DNA of 64,000 bases from Massalongia carnosa (Eukaryota): positions 434,001-498,000 of the forward strand of contig OZ287088.1 of the NCBI GenBank assembly GCA_965645245.1. The letters run 5' to 3'. Numbering within the stretch: position 1 is the stretch's first letter; each line of letters begins with the position of its first letter. Of the stretch, positions 10,615 to 22,481 are shown one piece after another. The notes below the pieces were generated by a model. It was not told the DNA's origin and searched no databases. It saw only the letters and a program-made list of their open reading frames with translations. The position numbers were made by a program, and so were the translations under genes.

Positions 10615-13600
10615 CATTCCGTATGAAGTGATGCTGAATGTCGATGTGCTTAGTCCTTGAATGTAAGACGGGATTATTGGCCAGTGCTATAGCACTCTGA
10701 TTATCACCTTTCAATGCTATAGCGCCTTCCCTTTCAAGTACATTCACTGTCGGAGTAGCATCATCCTGCATCAGGCCGAGTTCTGTCATCAATAAGCGTA
10801 TCCATATGGTCTCCTTAGTAGCTAAGGTGAGTGCCATATATTTGGCTTCTGTGGATGAGAGGGCAACGGTTTTCTGTCTTTTTGAGGCCCAACTGATTGG
10901 TCCATTGTTCAGCATGAAGACGTATCCGGAGGTGGACTTGCGGTCTTCCTTGTCACCGGCCCAATCAGAATCGGAATAGCCCTGTATAGACAAATCTCCG
11001 CCACCAAAGGTAATGCCTCTGTCTCTGGTTGCACTGAGATATCTGAGAATCTGCTTGGCTGCCTCCATGTGTGATTTGCCAGGATTTTTGGCATGCCGGC
11101 TGACCACTGAGGTCGCGTAGGCAATGTCAGGCCTTGTTTCTATCATAGCAAACATGATGGAGCCGACGATTGCTTGATACTGTTTAATGTCTGATTCTGA
11201 GGCCTGGGATTCATTTCTGAATAGACTGCCTTCTTTCATTGGGGTGGTGGTAGTTTTCGCGTTCTGCATATGAAACTTCTCCAGGACCTTTTCGATGTAG
11301 GTAGATTGAGATAGTTTGATTGTTCTGTTATCGCGATTTCGTTCTACCTTTAGGCCTAGACAATGACTGATTGAGCCCATGTCCACCATCTTGAACGCAA
11401 TGTTCAGTTGTTTCTTGACTTCAGATATCATAGGAGATCCCTTTGGACCTATGATGTTCAGATCATCAACGAAGGAGGTAACAATTGGACCTCTTATTCC
11501 TGCCGAAGAAGAGAAGATACTATGATCTGCGTGAAGTTTGGACAGACCCAGCTTGGTAAGTAGAAATTCGGATAGCCTTTCATACCATAGGCGTGGAGAT
11601 TGTTTCAGGCCATAGAGAGCCTTGTTCAGTTTGCAGATCATGCCCGCTTTTTCATATCCTTTGGGCATTTGGACGTAAATCAATTGATCTATTACCCCAT
11701 ACAAGAATGCTGTGACGACATCAAGCCGTTCGATGTCCAAGTCATGATGAGCTGCTATGGCAAACAATAATCGGAAGGCCATTGGTTTCACTACGGAGGC
11801 ATAGGTCTGTTCGAAATCTACTCCGTACTGCTGGAGATAGCCTTTCACCACCCATCTGGATTTGTACCGTGTGATATTTCCATTGACGTCTCGTTTCAGT
11901 TTGTATACCCATTTTCCACTGAGAGCAGTATGATTGGGCTCCATATCCTCGGTTCTGACAAGAGTCCATGTTTCGTTCTCGAGAAGACTGTTGTGTTCAT
12001 TGTCCATGGAACGACTCCAGCTTTCTGAATGTGGACCTTTCATAGCTTGATGGTATGTCTGAAGTTCAGCTATGTCGAGTTGAGACAGTGCGTCATAGTC
12101 TTCCAATCCTGATGATCCTTCCTTTTCCAAGGTTCTGGCAAGAAGAACGAGTGGATCCTCTGTGTCTATGTCATCGTATGTAGGAGTATGATTGGGTTCA
12201 TCTAAAGCTGTGTCTGATAGAAGAGACAATGCGTGCTCTATCTGAGCATGCTTTCTGGGTCTGCCACGTCCACGTTTTGGAATCGTTGTGGGGGATGAAA
12301 TGACTGTTGATTTTGATGGAGTGACTGTATCGGGAGTCATGATGGCCTCGTATGTAGGAACGTTGGTCTGGTTTTTGGAGATGGCGTCTCCGTGAATGCG
12401 CAGATCTTTGACCCTGATGACCCTGTAGTCCTTTTCCAGAAAGACTCGATAGATCGTGCATCCATCGTACCCACACAAGACTCCGCGTTGGGCCCGAGGT
12501 AGAAATTTGGCCGATTTGCTGTTGGCGCCTTTGCGTTCTTCCTCATGAATGAGGACATACACGGTTGATCCCAACACTCGCAGATGATTCAGAGGAGGTG
12601 ACTTTGACTCGTAAATTTCAAATGGGGTCTTTCCGGATAAAGCATTTGTAGGTCTGACGTTTTTTGTGTGAACCATAGCTAAAACCACCTCTGTCCATAG
12701 GTAGTCCGGAATGCCTCCTGCAATGATGGTACATCTAGTCATGTCCATGATAGTTCTGCCTGTTCGTTCAGACACACCGTTTTGTTCCTGTGAATACGGT
12801 GCGGAGGGTTCAAACGTTATCCCTTCTTTCAGGAACCAATCATCCGATTTCAGACTTCGAAGTTCTGTGCCGAAATCAGTTCGAAAGATGTTTATTGGCT
12901 TGCTCTTTCCTGTCTTGTTCTGAGCTAGACTGTAGTATGTCAACAGATGATCAAACCATTCGCTCTTCTTGATGCCTGTATACACATGAGTGTATCTGCT
13001 GGCATCGCAGGTGAAGGTAAAGAAGTACTGTTCTTCAAGAAGTCCTGCTGGTTTGATGGGTCCTACTAGATCGGAATGAACCCTTTGAAAGATGCCTGTT
13101 GCTCTCTCCTGAGGTGTCCGGTTGTATATCTTAGTGGCCTTTCCGAGTTCACAGGATGAACAGTACCAATCTTTGTTCACGTTGTCTGAATACGACACAT
13201 CGAGTCTTTTCAGAAAAGCTCGGCAGGTGATCAGGTTTAAATGACCAAGACGCGCATGCCATGTTGACAAGTCTGTTATGGCTGACGTGTGGTAGACTGA
13301 TGTGTTCGGCCACTGAAAGATGCTCTCATCTGTCTGCATAAGATGTGTAGCCACGTCTGGGGCGTCCAAGGTCTTTAGTACAACGTTTGTATTGACTCTT
13401 GGCACATAGCCTATGATGTTCTGACTAATCCCGTTGAATAGGGTCCAGTTAACATTGTCATAGTAGACGTTGTTTTGGTTGAGTAGTGCCAGACTGACGA
13501 GGTTCACGGGACACTGTGGAATGAAAAGAACGTTGTTCAGTATTAACACTGACGAGGGTGAGTCGTCCTGTAGTGCCAACGTTTTCCGGATCATTCCCCT

Positions 13601-13777
13601 CCCTGGAGACGTGCCATCTGATGTAGATCCTGCCAGACCTGTGGAGCGTGTTATGTAATTGATGAACGACGGCCTGTGATTGCATACGTGCATGTCCGCT
13701 GCGCTGTCTAGTAGCCAGGTGTCTCTGTTGAGATGGTTTATGGTCATGACCTTCTGTAGAGTGGTAGTCATGACCAC
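10463..13777 (-). CDS. Copia-1 Pol (protease, integrase, RT, RNase H); last ~50 codons derive from pogo-1 and S2 sequence
   Basis: WLLDSAA, WHARLGH, HSDLVGP...QNGVSER, FVDD and YSDSDWAG motifs. Confidence 0.9.
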   Translation of the reverse strand: MVMTTTLQKVMTINHLNRDTWLLDSAADMHVCNHRPSFINYITRSTGLAGSTSDGTSPGRGMIRKTLALQDDSPSSVLILNNVLFIPQCPVNLVSLALLNQNNVYYDNVNWTLFNGISQNIIGYVPRVNTNVVLKTLDAPDVATHLMQTDESIFQWPNTSVYHTSAITDLSTWHARLGHLNLITCRAFLKRLDVSYSDNVNKDWYCSSCELGKATKIYNRTPQERATGIFQRVHSDLVGPIKPAGLLEEQYFFTFTCDASRYTHVYTGIKKSEWFDHLLTYYSLAQNKTGKSKPINIFRTDFGTELRSLKSDDWFLKEGITFEPSAPYSQEQNGVSERTGRTIMDMTRCTIIAGGIPDYLWTEVVLAMVHTKNVRPTNALSGKTPFEIYESKSPPLNHLRVLGSTVYVLIHEEERKGANSKSAKFLPRAQRGVLCGYDGCTIYRVFLEKDYRVIRVKDLRIHGDAISKNQTNVPTYEAIMTPDTVTPSKSTVISSPTTIPKRGRGRPRKHAQIEHALSLLSDTALDEPNHTPTYDDIDTEDPLVLLARTLEKEGSSGLEDYDALSQLDIAELQTYHQAMKGPHSESWSRSMDNEHNSLLENETWTLVRTEDMEPNHTALSGKWVYKLKRDVNGNITRYKSRWVVKGYLQQYGVDFEQTYASVVKPMAFRLLFAIAAHHDLDIERLDVVTAFLYGVIDQLIYVQMPKGYEKAGMICKLNKALYGLKQSPRLWYERLSEFLLTKLGLSKLHADHSIFSSSAGIRGPIVTSFVDDLNIIGPKGSPMISEVKKQLNIAFKMVDMGSISHCLGLKVERNRDNRTIKLSQSTYIEKVLEKFHMQNAKTTTTPMKEGSLFRNESQASESDIKQYQAIVGSIMFAMIETRPDIAYATSVVSRHAKNPGKSHMEAAKQILRYLSATRDRGITFGGGDLSIQGYSDSDWAGDKEDRKSTSGYVFMLNNGPISWASKRQKTVALSSTEAKYMALTLATKETIWIRLLMTELGLMQDDATPTVNVLEREGAIALKGDNQSAIALANNPVLHSRTKHIDIQHHFIRNDTNQELIAKKAQGRQKASRKGGVKARVLTVGEGQCKSQTWRLSDTRPRDM

Positions 13778-15290
13778 CGTGAGTCAACTGCTCACTGTGG
13801 GAGTTGTAGTGACTGTGGTGTCTGGAGTTGACGTGGTGACTTCTGGCTTGGAGTTCTTTTGTCTCTTGACCCTCCCTGATTCAGCCGTGTCTCCTCTCGC
13901 CCGTTTTAGATGGGGGAATTTCTGGAAACACTCATCTGGCCAATGTCGTGTTCTGTTCCTATTTATACACTCTGGAACGGTGCAACTTCCGATAGGTGCT
14001 CTACCTCTGTTGGAAGCGCCAGTGTGAAAAGCCTTGACAGTTAGGTTTCGTGCATAGGCTATGAGGATTTTTGTTGTTTCCGAAAGGTTTGTGGTGTCGT
14101 GCGTCCAGTCCCTGCGGAGTTGTGCAATGAGCGGGTCATACTTGTCTGTGCAGTTACCAAGCAGCATTCCCTGAACTACAAACTCTATGGAGTCGACGTT
14201 CACCTTGACCTCTTCGATCAATGTTGAAACACCAGGCTATTGATCATGAAACGGAAGTAGGGCAAATAAGAAGCATACATGTCATTGAGGGTTATTATCT
14301 ATGTGGGCTATCTACCTGCTTTTATAGCAGTCACACAGCAGTAATGCTGTAGGCTTCCCATAGCTGCCTGTTAGGCACCTCCATAGGTGCCTGGTAGACA
14401 CCCGTGTGACTCACGATGGATGCCTATATTGATGGTAGCCTGACCATCTAACCAATGGTAGCCTCACCATCTAACAATATATTCCGTTTTGCCTCCCTTA
14501 GCTGGCAGATGGATGACATCTCGAATGATTAGTGATGTGTTGCCACGGCCGAAATAACCCTTAGTGCTTGATCCGCATTCGGTTAGTGCTCTTATTAATA
14601 AGCAGACATCTCGGCTCAATTCTCAACAATCAACATGCCCTTGATCTGATTGAAGGCACCGTCATACTCTGAACAGTATTGACTGACTGTGTCGAAGTCT
14701 CTCATCTTTTTCGTACTAACCCTCAAGATGACATCCGTGATGCTCATTGGTGCCACGTCCTGGAATCTATTCTTCAGAATGGCCCACATCTCGGCAGCGG
14801 TCTTGTTATTGATGAGGTTGTAGTGACATGGTGCAACCAGTCCATGGATGATTCCAATAGCCTTGGTCATCTCGGTTTTCTGTCTGTTCTTATCATCCCG
14901 AAGTTCTTTGACGAGGATGCTGGTAGTAAGACTGGCCGGAGTAAACCCTGATACGATGAGGCTCTCTCTGATGGAGTCCAATGAGATCTCTGGTTGGGTT
15001 TCCAGAATGGCTGTGTCACAGTTATTCTTCAGCAGAATACATCTGGTGTAACTAGCCCATGCTGAGTAGTGTTCCGAGTTCTCTAGAAGGTGAGGCTTCT
15101 CTGTAGAACTGTTGATGTCAGGAAGAGACATGATGAAGTCAGATGAAGAGAGTCAGATGAAGATGAAGAAGAGGTCTCTAGTAAACTTCTGTAGATTGAA
15201 AGGTATCTAAGTTTCTGAGATTGGTGCAGGAGTAGGATGTGCACTGGAATGAATGGAGGAGATGGAAATATGTGATCTAGTTATAGACAA
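10615..15290 (-). mobile_element. Ty1/copia retrotransposon (Copia-1); no LTRs found, 3' end truncated
   Basis: gag 15131..13784 (split by solo LTR S3), followed by pol in PR-IN-RT-RH order. Confidence 0.92.
14222..14628. mobile_element. Solo LTR, family S3 (407 bp), inserted in Copia-1 gag
   Basis: TGTTGA...TCAACA ends, TSD ATCAA. Removal rejoins QIKGMLI|EEVKVNV. Confidence 0.9.
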
Positions 15291-15499
15291 AACATTTCCC
15301 TTCCTTTGTCATCAAACTGTGATGTAAAAAGGAAAAGGCCCGAATGAAGCGGGCCAAAGAAGAAGCTCTCCCCTTCTGGCCTCTCAGGGCCTCCCCAAGG
15401 GAGACCCTAAATGGTCAGGAACAAGAACGGAGCAGTCCGCCGGCATCGACCACGCCGACGGTCACGACAAGCAGTGAGGTGACCCCAGCCTCAACCCAG

Positions 15500-15667
15500 T
15501 ATCAAAAGGTAGTATAGTAGATAGAGGATAGAACGCTTGCTATTGTTCTATATAGTGGGAATAGCTAGATTTATAGACAATGTACGGTATGCTAGTATTA
15601 GACCATACTCGTGCGGTAGAAGCTGAGTGCGGCTGAAATGAAGTAGCCTGATTCGTACATTCTAACA
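15500..15667. mobile_element. Solo LTR, family S4 (168 bp), in the LINE-1 ORF1 remnant
   Basis: TAT (probably decayed TGT)...ACA ends, TSD CCCAG. Removal restores PASTQ|VEQGPRK. Confidence 0.8.
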
Positions 15668-15959
15668 CCCAGGTGGAACAGGGCCCTCGAAAGGGCTCTG
15701 TACGAGAGAAAGATTGGCAAACCGTGCCAACTCTCCGCAAGGGGAAGAAGCGGGCGCATGGGGAGGTAGAGCCCCTGGCAGACAACCCCAGCTCTACCAA
15801 CAGGAGCATGGCACAAGCAGCTTCTAAGAAGGGAAAGAAGAAACCCTCCTCGAAGGCTGTGGAGGTCTTGAGCGATAAGGAGAACGACCATAGTTCTTCA
15901 ATGACCACCAGATCGGCAACCCATCGCTTACAGCCCAGTACTCAGACAGAAGAGGAACT

Positions 15960-18900
15960 ATGAGTGAATACAACCACTATCTGTCCATACTTCAGTACAA
16001 CTGCAACAAATCCAAGAACACTGTCATGGCGGACTTCCTTCGCAGGGAGGAAACCATGAAATACGGCATCCTGGCCATCCAGGAACCCTGGGCGGGGAAC
16101 CCCTATCAACACACCACGCACAATCCGGTCAAAAATGGTTTTCACCTTCTCTATCCCCCCGAAACAGGAGAACAAGAGCTCCCTCCGAGAGTATGCATGT
16201 TCGTCAACAAAGACATAGCAAGCGCCTCTTGGAAGGTAACCTTCCACTCTCCCGATCTGATGACTTTGCACTTGGAATTTCCTGGCGAAACCCAGCGAGT
16301 CATCAATATCTATAACATCTACAATCCCTCCCCCTCTCAGGGAAACTACAGCACCATGCTAGACCTAAGCAAGGCGCTAGAGGTGGAGGGAGAACACATA
16401 GTGGTAGGGGACTTCAATCTTCACCATGCCCTATGGACTAGCGAAGACTACCATCATCAACATCCTGAGGCAGACCAACTACTGGAGATTCTCGATCAAA
16501 GCGAGCTAGAACTTCTGCTCCCCTCTGGCACCATAACATACGATCATAGATCAGCGCAGAGCACGATAGACTTAACGTTCGCAACCCCCGCAGTGGCTTC
16601 AGCCGTACTCATGTGCGATGTGAGAAGAGAGTTGGATAGTGACTTAGATCACTACCCTATTGGCACAGCATTCGATATCACCACGGTTAAGAGGGCCATA
16701 AGGTCCTCTCGCATGTGGTCTAAGACTGATAGGAAAAAGCTACTAGACACGCTGACAGACAAGCTCCCGGCACCTAGGAGCGTGAGCACAGTTCAAGAAC
16801 TCGACAATTTGGCCCATGAGTTAGTTGAAGCTATCCAGCACGCAGTGGAGACAGCAGTCCCACTTTCTAGAGGGTGCAATCATTCAAAACCTGGCTTTAC
16901 CCCGGAATGCAAAGAGGCAGTCACCCTATGCAGACGTCTCAGGCGCAAGCATAAGGAAACGCGCTCTCTGGAAGACTGGGAAGCCTACCGAGAGGCGAGA
17001 AACAGCAAAAACAAAATCGTACAAAAAGCTCTCAAGACAACACATAGGGACAGGGTAGAGGAGGCCACCAGCACCCCAGATGGTCTCTTGAAGCTTGCGA
17101 AATGGGCTAAGAACAGGTCGACCCCATTCCAAGCCTTCACCCCAACCCTAATGAATGGCGATGGCTCCAAAGTGACGGAGGCCTCGGGCAAGGCTGAACT
17201 GCTTCGCAGACAGTTTTTTCCTATCCCGGACGCGACCAATCTTGAAGACATCGCCGATTATCACTATCCAGAGCCAATCCAATTTGCTCCCATCTTAGCT
17301 CGGGAAATAACTAAAGCCATCACAAAGGCAGCACCACCCTCGGCCCCAGGCCCCGACGGACTGCCTAATAGAATCCTCAGAGATGTGTTACCGCTCATCA
17401 TGCCCACACTTGTAGCTCTGTATAACGCCAGCTGGGAACTGGGTCATCACCCCAATGCTTTCAGAGAATCCACCACGGTGGTTTTCAGAAAACTAGCTAA
17501 GGCCGACTACAGTTTGCCGAACTCATACAGACCCATAGCCTTGCTCCACACTTTAGGTAAGACTATGGAGAAGATCATTCCAACCAGAATTAATCACGCG
17601 GTGAAGACCGAGAGCCTACTCCCCATACTCCATATAGGCGGCAGGCGAGCTAGATCACCCGAACACGCCCTCCATCTGCTCCTAGAGGTCATCCACGCAG
17701 CCTGGCTTAACAACGAAGTGGCCACAGTGCTCATGCTGGACATCTCGGGTGCTTACGATAACGTATCCCACAAAAGACTACTGCACAACCTACGGAAGAG
17801 AAGGATAGGCGGCAACATAGCTAAATGGATCGAAAGCTTCTTTCAGGAAAGGAAAACGACCATCGCCATGCCCGACTACACCTCGCAATCATTCACCACG
17901 AACTTTGGAGTCCCTCAGGGATCCCCTATATCTCCTATTCTTTATCTCTTCTACAACGCCGACCTTATGGAAGAGGAAGGGCCCAAAAAGATGAACTTGG
18001 GCTATGTCGATGACATATCCAAACTAATTATTGGAACTTCAGCAGAACAGAACTGTAGAAATCTCGAAGCCTCGTTCATGACGAGGGAGCAGAAATGGGC
18101 GGACACACACGCCTCCAAATTTGCCCCCGCCAAATTCCAGCTCTTGCACTTTATCAAAGGACCCTCAGAGACGGATTTGAACCCCCCGGAGAGAGCTATC
18201 TCCCTAGCGGGCAAAACCATCAAGCCACAGCATACCGCCTACCTGGGCGCCACATTCGACGACAAGCTCAAATGGCACGCCCATTTAAGGAAACTGGAAG
18301 CCAAAACCTCAAAGAGACTGGGGGCCCTAGGCAGCCTTGCGGGCTCCACATGGGGCACCAGTCTTGCGAGCCTTCGAAGGATCTATCAAGCCACCATACT
18401 ACCGCAACTCACCTTTGGATGCTCTGCATGGTATGTTCCCGAGGGCGGATACGGGACTCTCACGCAAGCAACCGCCGTGCTCAAAGCCGTCAGATCTATT
18501 CAGCGACGGGCGGCACTGATCATTTCAGGGGCGTTTAGAACAACCTCGGGCCCGGCCTTGGATATGGAGCTTCACCTCCTGCCTGGCCGGCAACGCATGG
18601 AGCAGGCAGTGAACGAGTCACTACTGCGCATACGTTCAAGCCCCCTTTACGCCATAATACGTGAGATCCGCGCCTGGACAAGCCAAGCGGACTCCCACTA
18701 TCGATACTGGAGCCCTCTAGCTAAGCTAGAGTCCCGCTTAATGACTTCGGGGAAATGCCCTCAACCTTGGCGGTTAGAGGTCATTCTTCCATTCATAGTG
18801 GAACCATGGTGGTCTCCCCCCGAAACGCACATTGCTTCCAGTAAAGAGGAAGCAATCAAAGAGCATGACAAGATGACATCAGAGCCGAACCAAATAGTCA

Positions 18901-19811
18901 TATACACGGATGGGAGTGATAACCCCTTCGGAGTTGGTGCGGCAGCGGTCATCCCCAGCGACAACACACGGGTAGTAACCCGCCTCGGAACGAACAAAGA
19001 AGCCACAGTTTACCTCGCGGAACTAGTGGGCATCGACCTGGGACTGGCGGCGGCTATTGCACGATGGCAAGGGGAGATAATAATGGTTTTTGCAGATAAT
19101 CAATCAGCCATCAAATCAGTAGCCGACCCCGGAACTCAGTCAGGTCAGTTCATACTACGCGAGATTATTGGAAAACTCCACGCATGCCGGGAGATGCAGG
19201 CCAGAGTCAGACTCTGCTGGATACCTGGGCATATGGGAGTAGAAGGCAACGAGATAGCAGACCAAGTAGCAAAAGAAGCATCAGGCTGGTTAGAACCTAG
19301 CCAAAGTCCCTCCATCACCCACTTCGACTTCCTCGGACACACAGTGAAGTCGGCGATAAAACGCAACATGAGGACAATGATTAGCAAAGAATGGGCTGGG
19401 GATTGGGAGGCAGAAAAACGCGGACAGATGACAAAAAAACTCCTCCCCCAGCCCACTAACAAGGTCTTGCAGCTCTACCAGGGGCTTCACAAGTCAATGA
19501 GTTCCACCCTGGTGCAGATGAGAACAGGTAAGATTGGTCTCCGCAAGTATCTCTCAGATATAGGCCGCACCGAAACGGGCGAATGTCCATGCGGCTTCGG
19601 TTATCAAACAGTTCACCATGTGCTTCTGGAGTGCGTCAGGTACCATCGACTGCGCATGGAGACTATCTGGATAGGCCGGAAGGTGTTCGATCTCCAAGAA
19701 ATTTTTTGCGCCCCCAGACTGGCCAAGGCAGCATCCAAATTCATGCTATCCTCACGTCTCCTCGGCCAATTTGGAGACGTGAGGATAGCAACCGAACAAT
19801 CCACGAGTTAA
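15960..19811 (+). CDS. LINE ORF2: APE endonuclease, RT, RNase H, CCHC knuckle (1283 aa, uninterrupted)
   Basis: AIQEP, GDFNLHH, GVPQGSPISP, YVDD, YTDGS...WIPGH...GNEIAD and CPCG...HVLLEC motifs. Confidence 0.95.
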   Translation: MSEYNHYLSILQYNCNKSKNTVMADFLRREETMKYGILAIQEPWAGNPYQHTTHNPVKNGFHLLYPPETGEQELPPRVCMFVNKDIASASWKVTFHSPDLMTLHLEFPGETQRVINIYNIYNPSPSQGNYSTMLDLSKALEVEGEHIVVGDFNLHHALWTSEDYHHQHPEADQLLEILDQSELELLLPSGTITYDHRSAQSTIDLTFATPAVASAVLMCDVRRELDSDLDHYPIGTAFDITTVKRAIRSSRMWSKTDRKKLLDTLTDKLPAPRSVSTVQELDNLAHELVEAIQHAVETAVPLSRGCNHSKPGFTPECKEAVTLCRRLRRKHKETRSLEDWEAYREARNSKNKIVQKALKTTHRDRVEEATSTPDGLLKLAKWAKNRSTPFQAFTPTLMNGDGSKVTEASGKAELLRRQFFPIPDATNLEDIADYHYPEPIQFAPILAREITKAITKAAPPSAPGPDGLPNRILRDVLPLIMPTLVALYNASWELGHHPNAFRESTTVVFRKLAKADYSLPNSYRPIALLHTLGKTMEKIIPTRINHAVKTESLLPILHIGGRRARSPEHALHLLLEVIHAAWLNNEVATVLMLDISGAYDNVSHKRLLHNLRKRRIGGNIAKWIESFFQERKTTIAMPDYTSQSFTTNFGVPQGSPISPILYLFYNADLMEEEGPKKMNLGYVDDISKLIIGTSAEQNCRNLEASFMTREQKWADTHASKFAPAKFQLLHFIKGPSETDLNPPERAISLAGKTIKPQHTAYLGATFDDKLKWHAHLRKLEAKTSKRLGALGSLAGSTWGTSLASLRRIYQATILPQLTFGCSAWYVPEGGYGTLTQATAVLKAVRSIQRRAALIISGAFRTTSGPALDMELHLLPGRQRMEQAVNESLLRIRSSPLYAIIREIRAWTSQADSHYRYWSPLAKLESRLMTSGKCPQPWRLEVILPFIVEPWWSPPETHIASSKEEAIKEHDKMTSEPNQIVIYTDGSDNPFGVGAAAVIPSDNTRVVTRLGTNKEATVYLAELVGIDLGLAAAIARWQGEIIMVFADNQSAIKSVADPGTQSGQFILREIIGKLHACREMQARVRLCWIPGHMGVEGNEIADQVAKEASGWLEPSQSPSITHFDFLGHTVKSAIKRNMRTMISKEWAGDWEAEKRGQMTKKLLPQPTNKVLQLYQGLHKSMSSTLVQMRTGKIGLRKYLSDIGRTETGECPCGFGYQTVHHVLLECVRYHRLRMETIWIGRKVFDLQEIFCAPRLAKAASKFMLSSRLLGQFGDVRIATEQSTS

Positions 19812-21057
19812 CGGCAGGCCGGCTCTTGTTTTATCCCGCTCACAGAATAGTCTCTACCATGGTAGGGCTTGCATGGATCAACACCAAGCACAGGGGCCCA
19901 GGAGGGTGGCGTTGGAGTTCTATTTATCGATTTGTCTCAAGCGGTTTGTCCCTATGTTCGTGTCTTCTTTTCCCTCTTCCTTGCATTCGCAACCCCTTGT
20001 ACAGCTAAAAGAGTTTTTGTATTTTTTGTACTTTCAGCGCTTAGTGCAGCAATTCTGCCCTCAGCAGACTTAGATACCCATCCCCTGGGACACCCCCCCG
20101 ATGTAGCTTAGCACTCCCGCAAAAGGGCCTTCGGCCCTTGGATCGGTGTATGAATCAATTAATCAATCAACATCCATTTGCAATCTCTTTGCAACTTTTT
20201 TATTATTATTAATTCATTAAACGTATGCGTCCTAAGGATATGACGCTGTGACTGCTATTTATGTACACAAAGAACAGTCAGGAATCGGAAACTTGATCCT
20301 CAGGATAAAATCACTCCCTTATTCCATATTGAACGCAACGAAATCGTTCTTCTACGACGCGGTACATACATCTAGATCTTCAAGCGCTAGGAATCCTGTA
20401 GACTCGATGAACTAGAAAGTGTATATTTACACATTCGATGAACGTTCTCTCGTTTTAATCGTATTGACTCAATAAAGGAAAGACTGACCGTGATCGAGGG
20501 CAGATCATGATGTCGTATATAAAGGCGTGGAGGTGTGATTATTCCGAATGAATAAGCTTTTTCGATATGATGAGAGGCTGTCGTTTGAGAAGTGTGGTCA
20601 TTCCGAATGAATGGGCTTTGTATGTCTTCGAAGTAGTGAATGATCAGTAGAGACGTTGATCATTCAAACGGTCATCAAGATGGCTTCCGCGTTGGCGATT
20701 TCAGATATTGGCCACCTCCGACGAGGTATTGATAGCCTACATCACGTGAAGTTTCTGATCTAGCAGGCCCCTTTGCAACTTAATCACCGCTCTGTCGCGA
20801 TACTTTCTGCTCTTTATACGGGATTTTACCAGCAGGTTCTGCAGATCGATTAACGATAGAGGAGATATTTAATATGTTTTATCGATCCGGATTTTGGTGC
20901 TTGACAGGATTTACTCGAGAAGCCTCCATTTTATCTCAAGCAGAGTAGGCAACAACAAGATGAATATATTTTACTATCTATTTTACTATCTAAATCTGCC
21001 AAATCAAAGAACCGGTATCCGACGCTCAAAGCTTGCACTCAGCTTCTGATACACATA

Positions 21058-22481
21058 ACGTAATTTACCGCTATTCGGAACACCCGCTTAGTCGGAACTA
21101 ACAAATTTGATACCAACCTTCGTAATTTTTTATCACCGCCGCATCCGCAAAATTTCTAGCACATGTACTCGGGAATTGATGAACAGGTTCTAGTGAATAT
21201 ATATAGCTAGCATTAGCTTGTAGAGCTACATTTTACGAGTGCTACAGATGACACGACCGCGCCAACTAACCCGAACCTTTAAAACTTCCTACTTCTCCCC
21301 CTTTCCTACTATTTCCACATCACCTTATACCAACCTAGTGATATTTTTCTTACTTGGTATACCTTTTCCTTTATTTCGAGCAGTTTTTATAAACCCTAGG
21401 TCACCCTCAACTGTCTCCTTTAAAATATGAGGTGCAATCTAAATAAGGTCGTGAAAAGCGTTTTGAAAGATAGAACCGTCACGTTTCTTATTTTTAAGTA
21501 AAGATCAAGATATTACAAGATCAGGCACGTATATTAAGTCGGATTCAAATCGTATATGGTCTTTAGATACCTGAAAAATAGTCGATCATTCTATTTTTTT
21601 CCTTACCTGTGATCCAGGCTCTTTCTCCTTTTTCTTATTTTCAGCTAGTTGTCTTCTTTTCTCCACATCTTCTAAACTCAATACGCGAGCCCCTTGAAAA
21701 TCGTATTGAGTGCCCGTACGTTGAGCTCGATGTTTTTTTCGTGTATTGGCTGCTAAAAGCTCCGTACTAGTACGATTCAAGAGAATACGATTAGTCATAG
21801 CAAGCCTAGCTGCTTTAAGGGTTTTTTGTAGAAGAGTAAGCTTAGAGGAATCAAGAGTCTGTGGCGAAATAGTAATTTAAACTCCTCAACCTCTGAGACT
21901 TGTACTGTTTTTCCTGATATTAGTGATATTTGGCCTGAAAGATAACGCGTTTAAATAAGAGTACTAGCGCTATGTAGAGTATCATTGTCCGTATAAGGAT
22001 TAGCTGATATTTTATCAAAGGCCGAGTCTAGTAGCTCTAGTTAACCCAGCTCTGAAGAGATCCCTCCTCCTCGGGCGTTAACCTCTGCTTTGAAGTAACG
22101 TACGATACCTGGTACTGGCGACTATTTATCCTGTGATACAGTGTTGTTTTCGGTACCGCATGAAGTCAAGCAGTTTACCTAATAGATAATGTGACGAAGC
22201 GAGATAGTGAATAGAATCTACCATTGCGCCACCTGTCCTTCCCGACCAAAAGGCACAATACTTAGTCCGCAGACTAAGCTCTATTCTACTATAACTGGGA
22301 CTCCTGCTATGTTCGCTATAGGTCCTGCCGTCCGCACCACGCTTGGTCGAACCGTTACAAAAACGACCCTTCTGCCTTCTCATAGACCTTAACTGCCTAT
22401 TTTAAACGCTCTCTAACCTCGTCTTTCAAGGTCGTACGTAATCCCGATTTTATTACTCGAAACTGCCGGGAAGAAGCCATT
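21058..22481 (-). mobile_element. Degenerate, internally deleted pogo/Fot1 element (pogo-2)
   Basis: TA|ACGTAATTT TIR at 21058. C-terminal ORF 21586..21798 resembles pogo-3. N-terminal HTH remnant (PKTTLYHRIN...KQRLTPEEE) at ~22050-22480. Confidence 0.75.
22190..22359 (-). mobile_element. Solo LTR, family S1, inserted in pogo-2
   Basis: Near-identical to 3327-3497; no clean TSD. Confidence 0.85.

Larger units (their letters stand above)
15300..20170 (+). mobile_element. Tad1-like LINE (LINE-1), 5'-truncated within ORF1
   Basis: ORF1 C-terminal remnant (...KARMKRAKEEALPFWP...TEEEL*) overlaps the ORF2 start (ATGA). AATC-type tail at ~20153-20170. Confidence 0.9.

Noticed and set aside
20195..20900. 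Possible decayed minus-strand LINE 3' end (TAT-type tail near 20200)
   Set aside because: Too degenerate to recover diagnostic motifs by eye.
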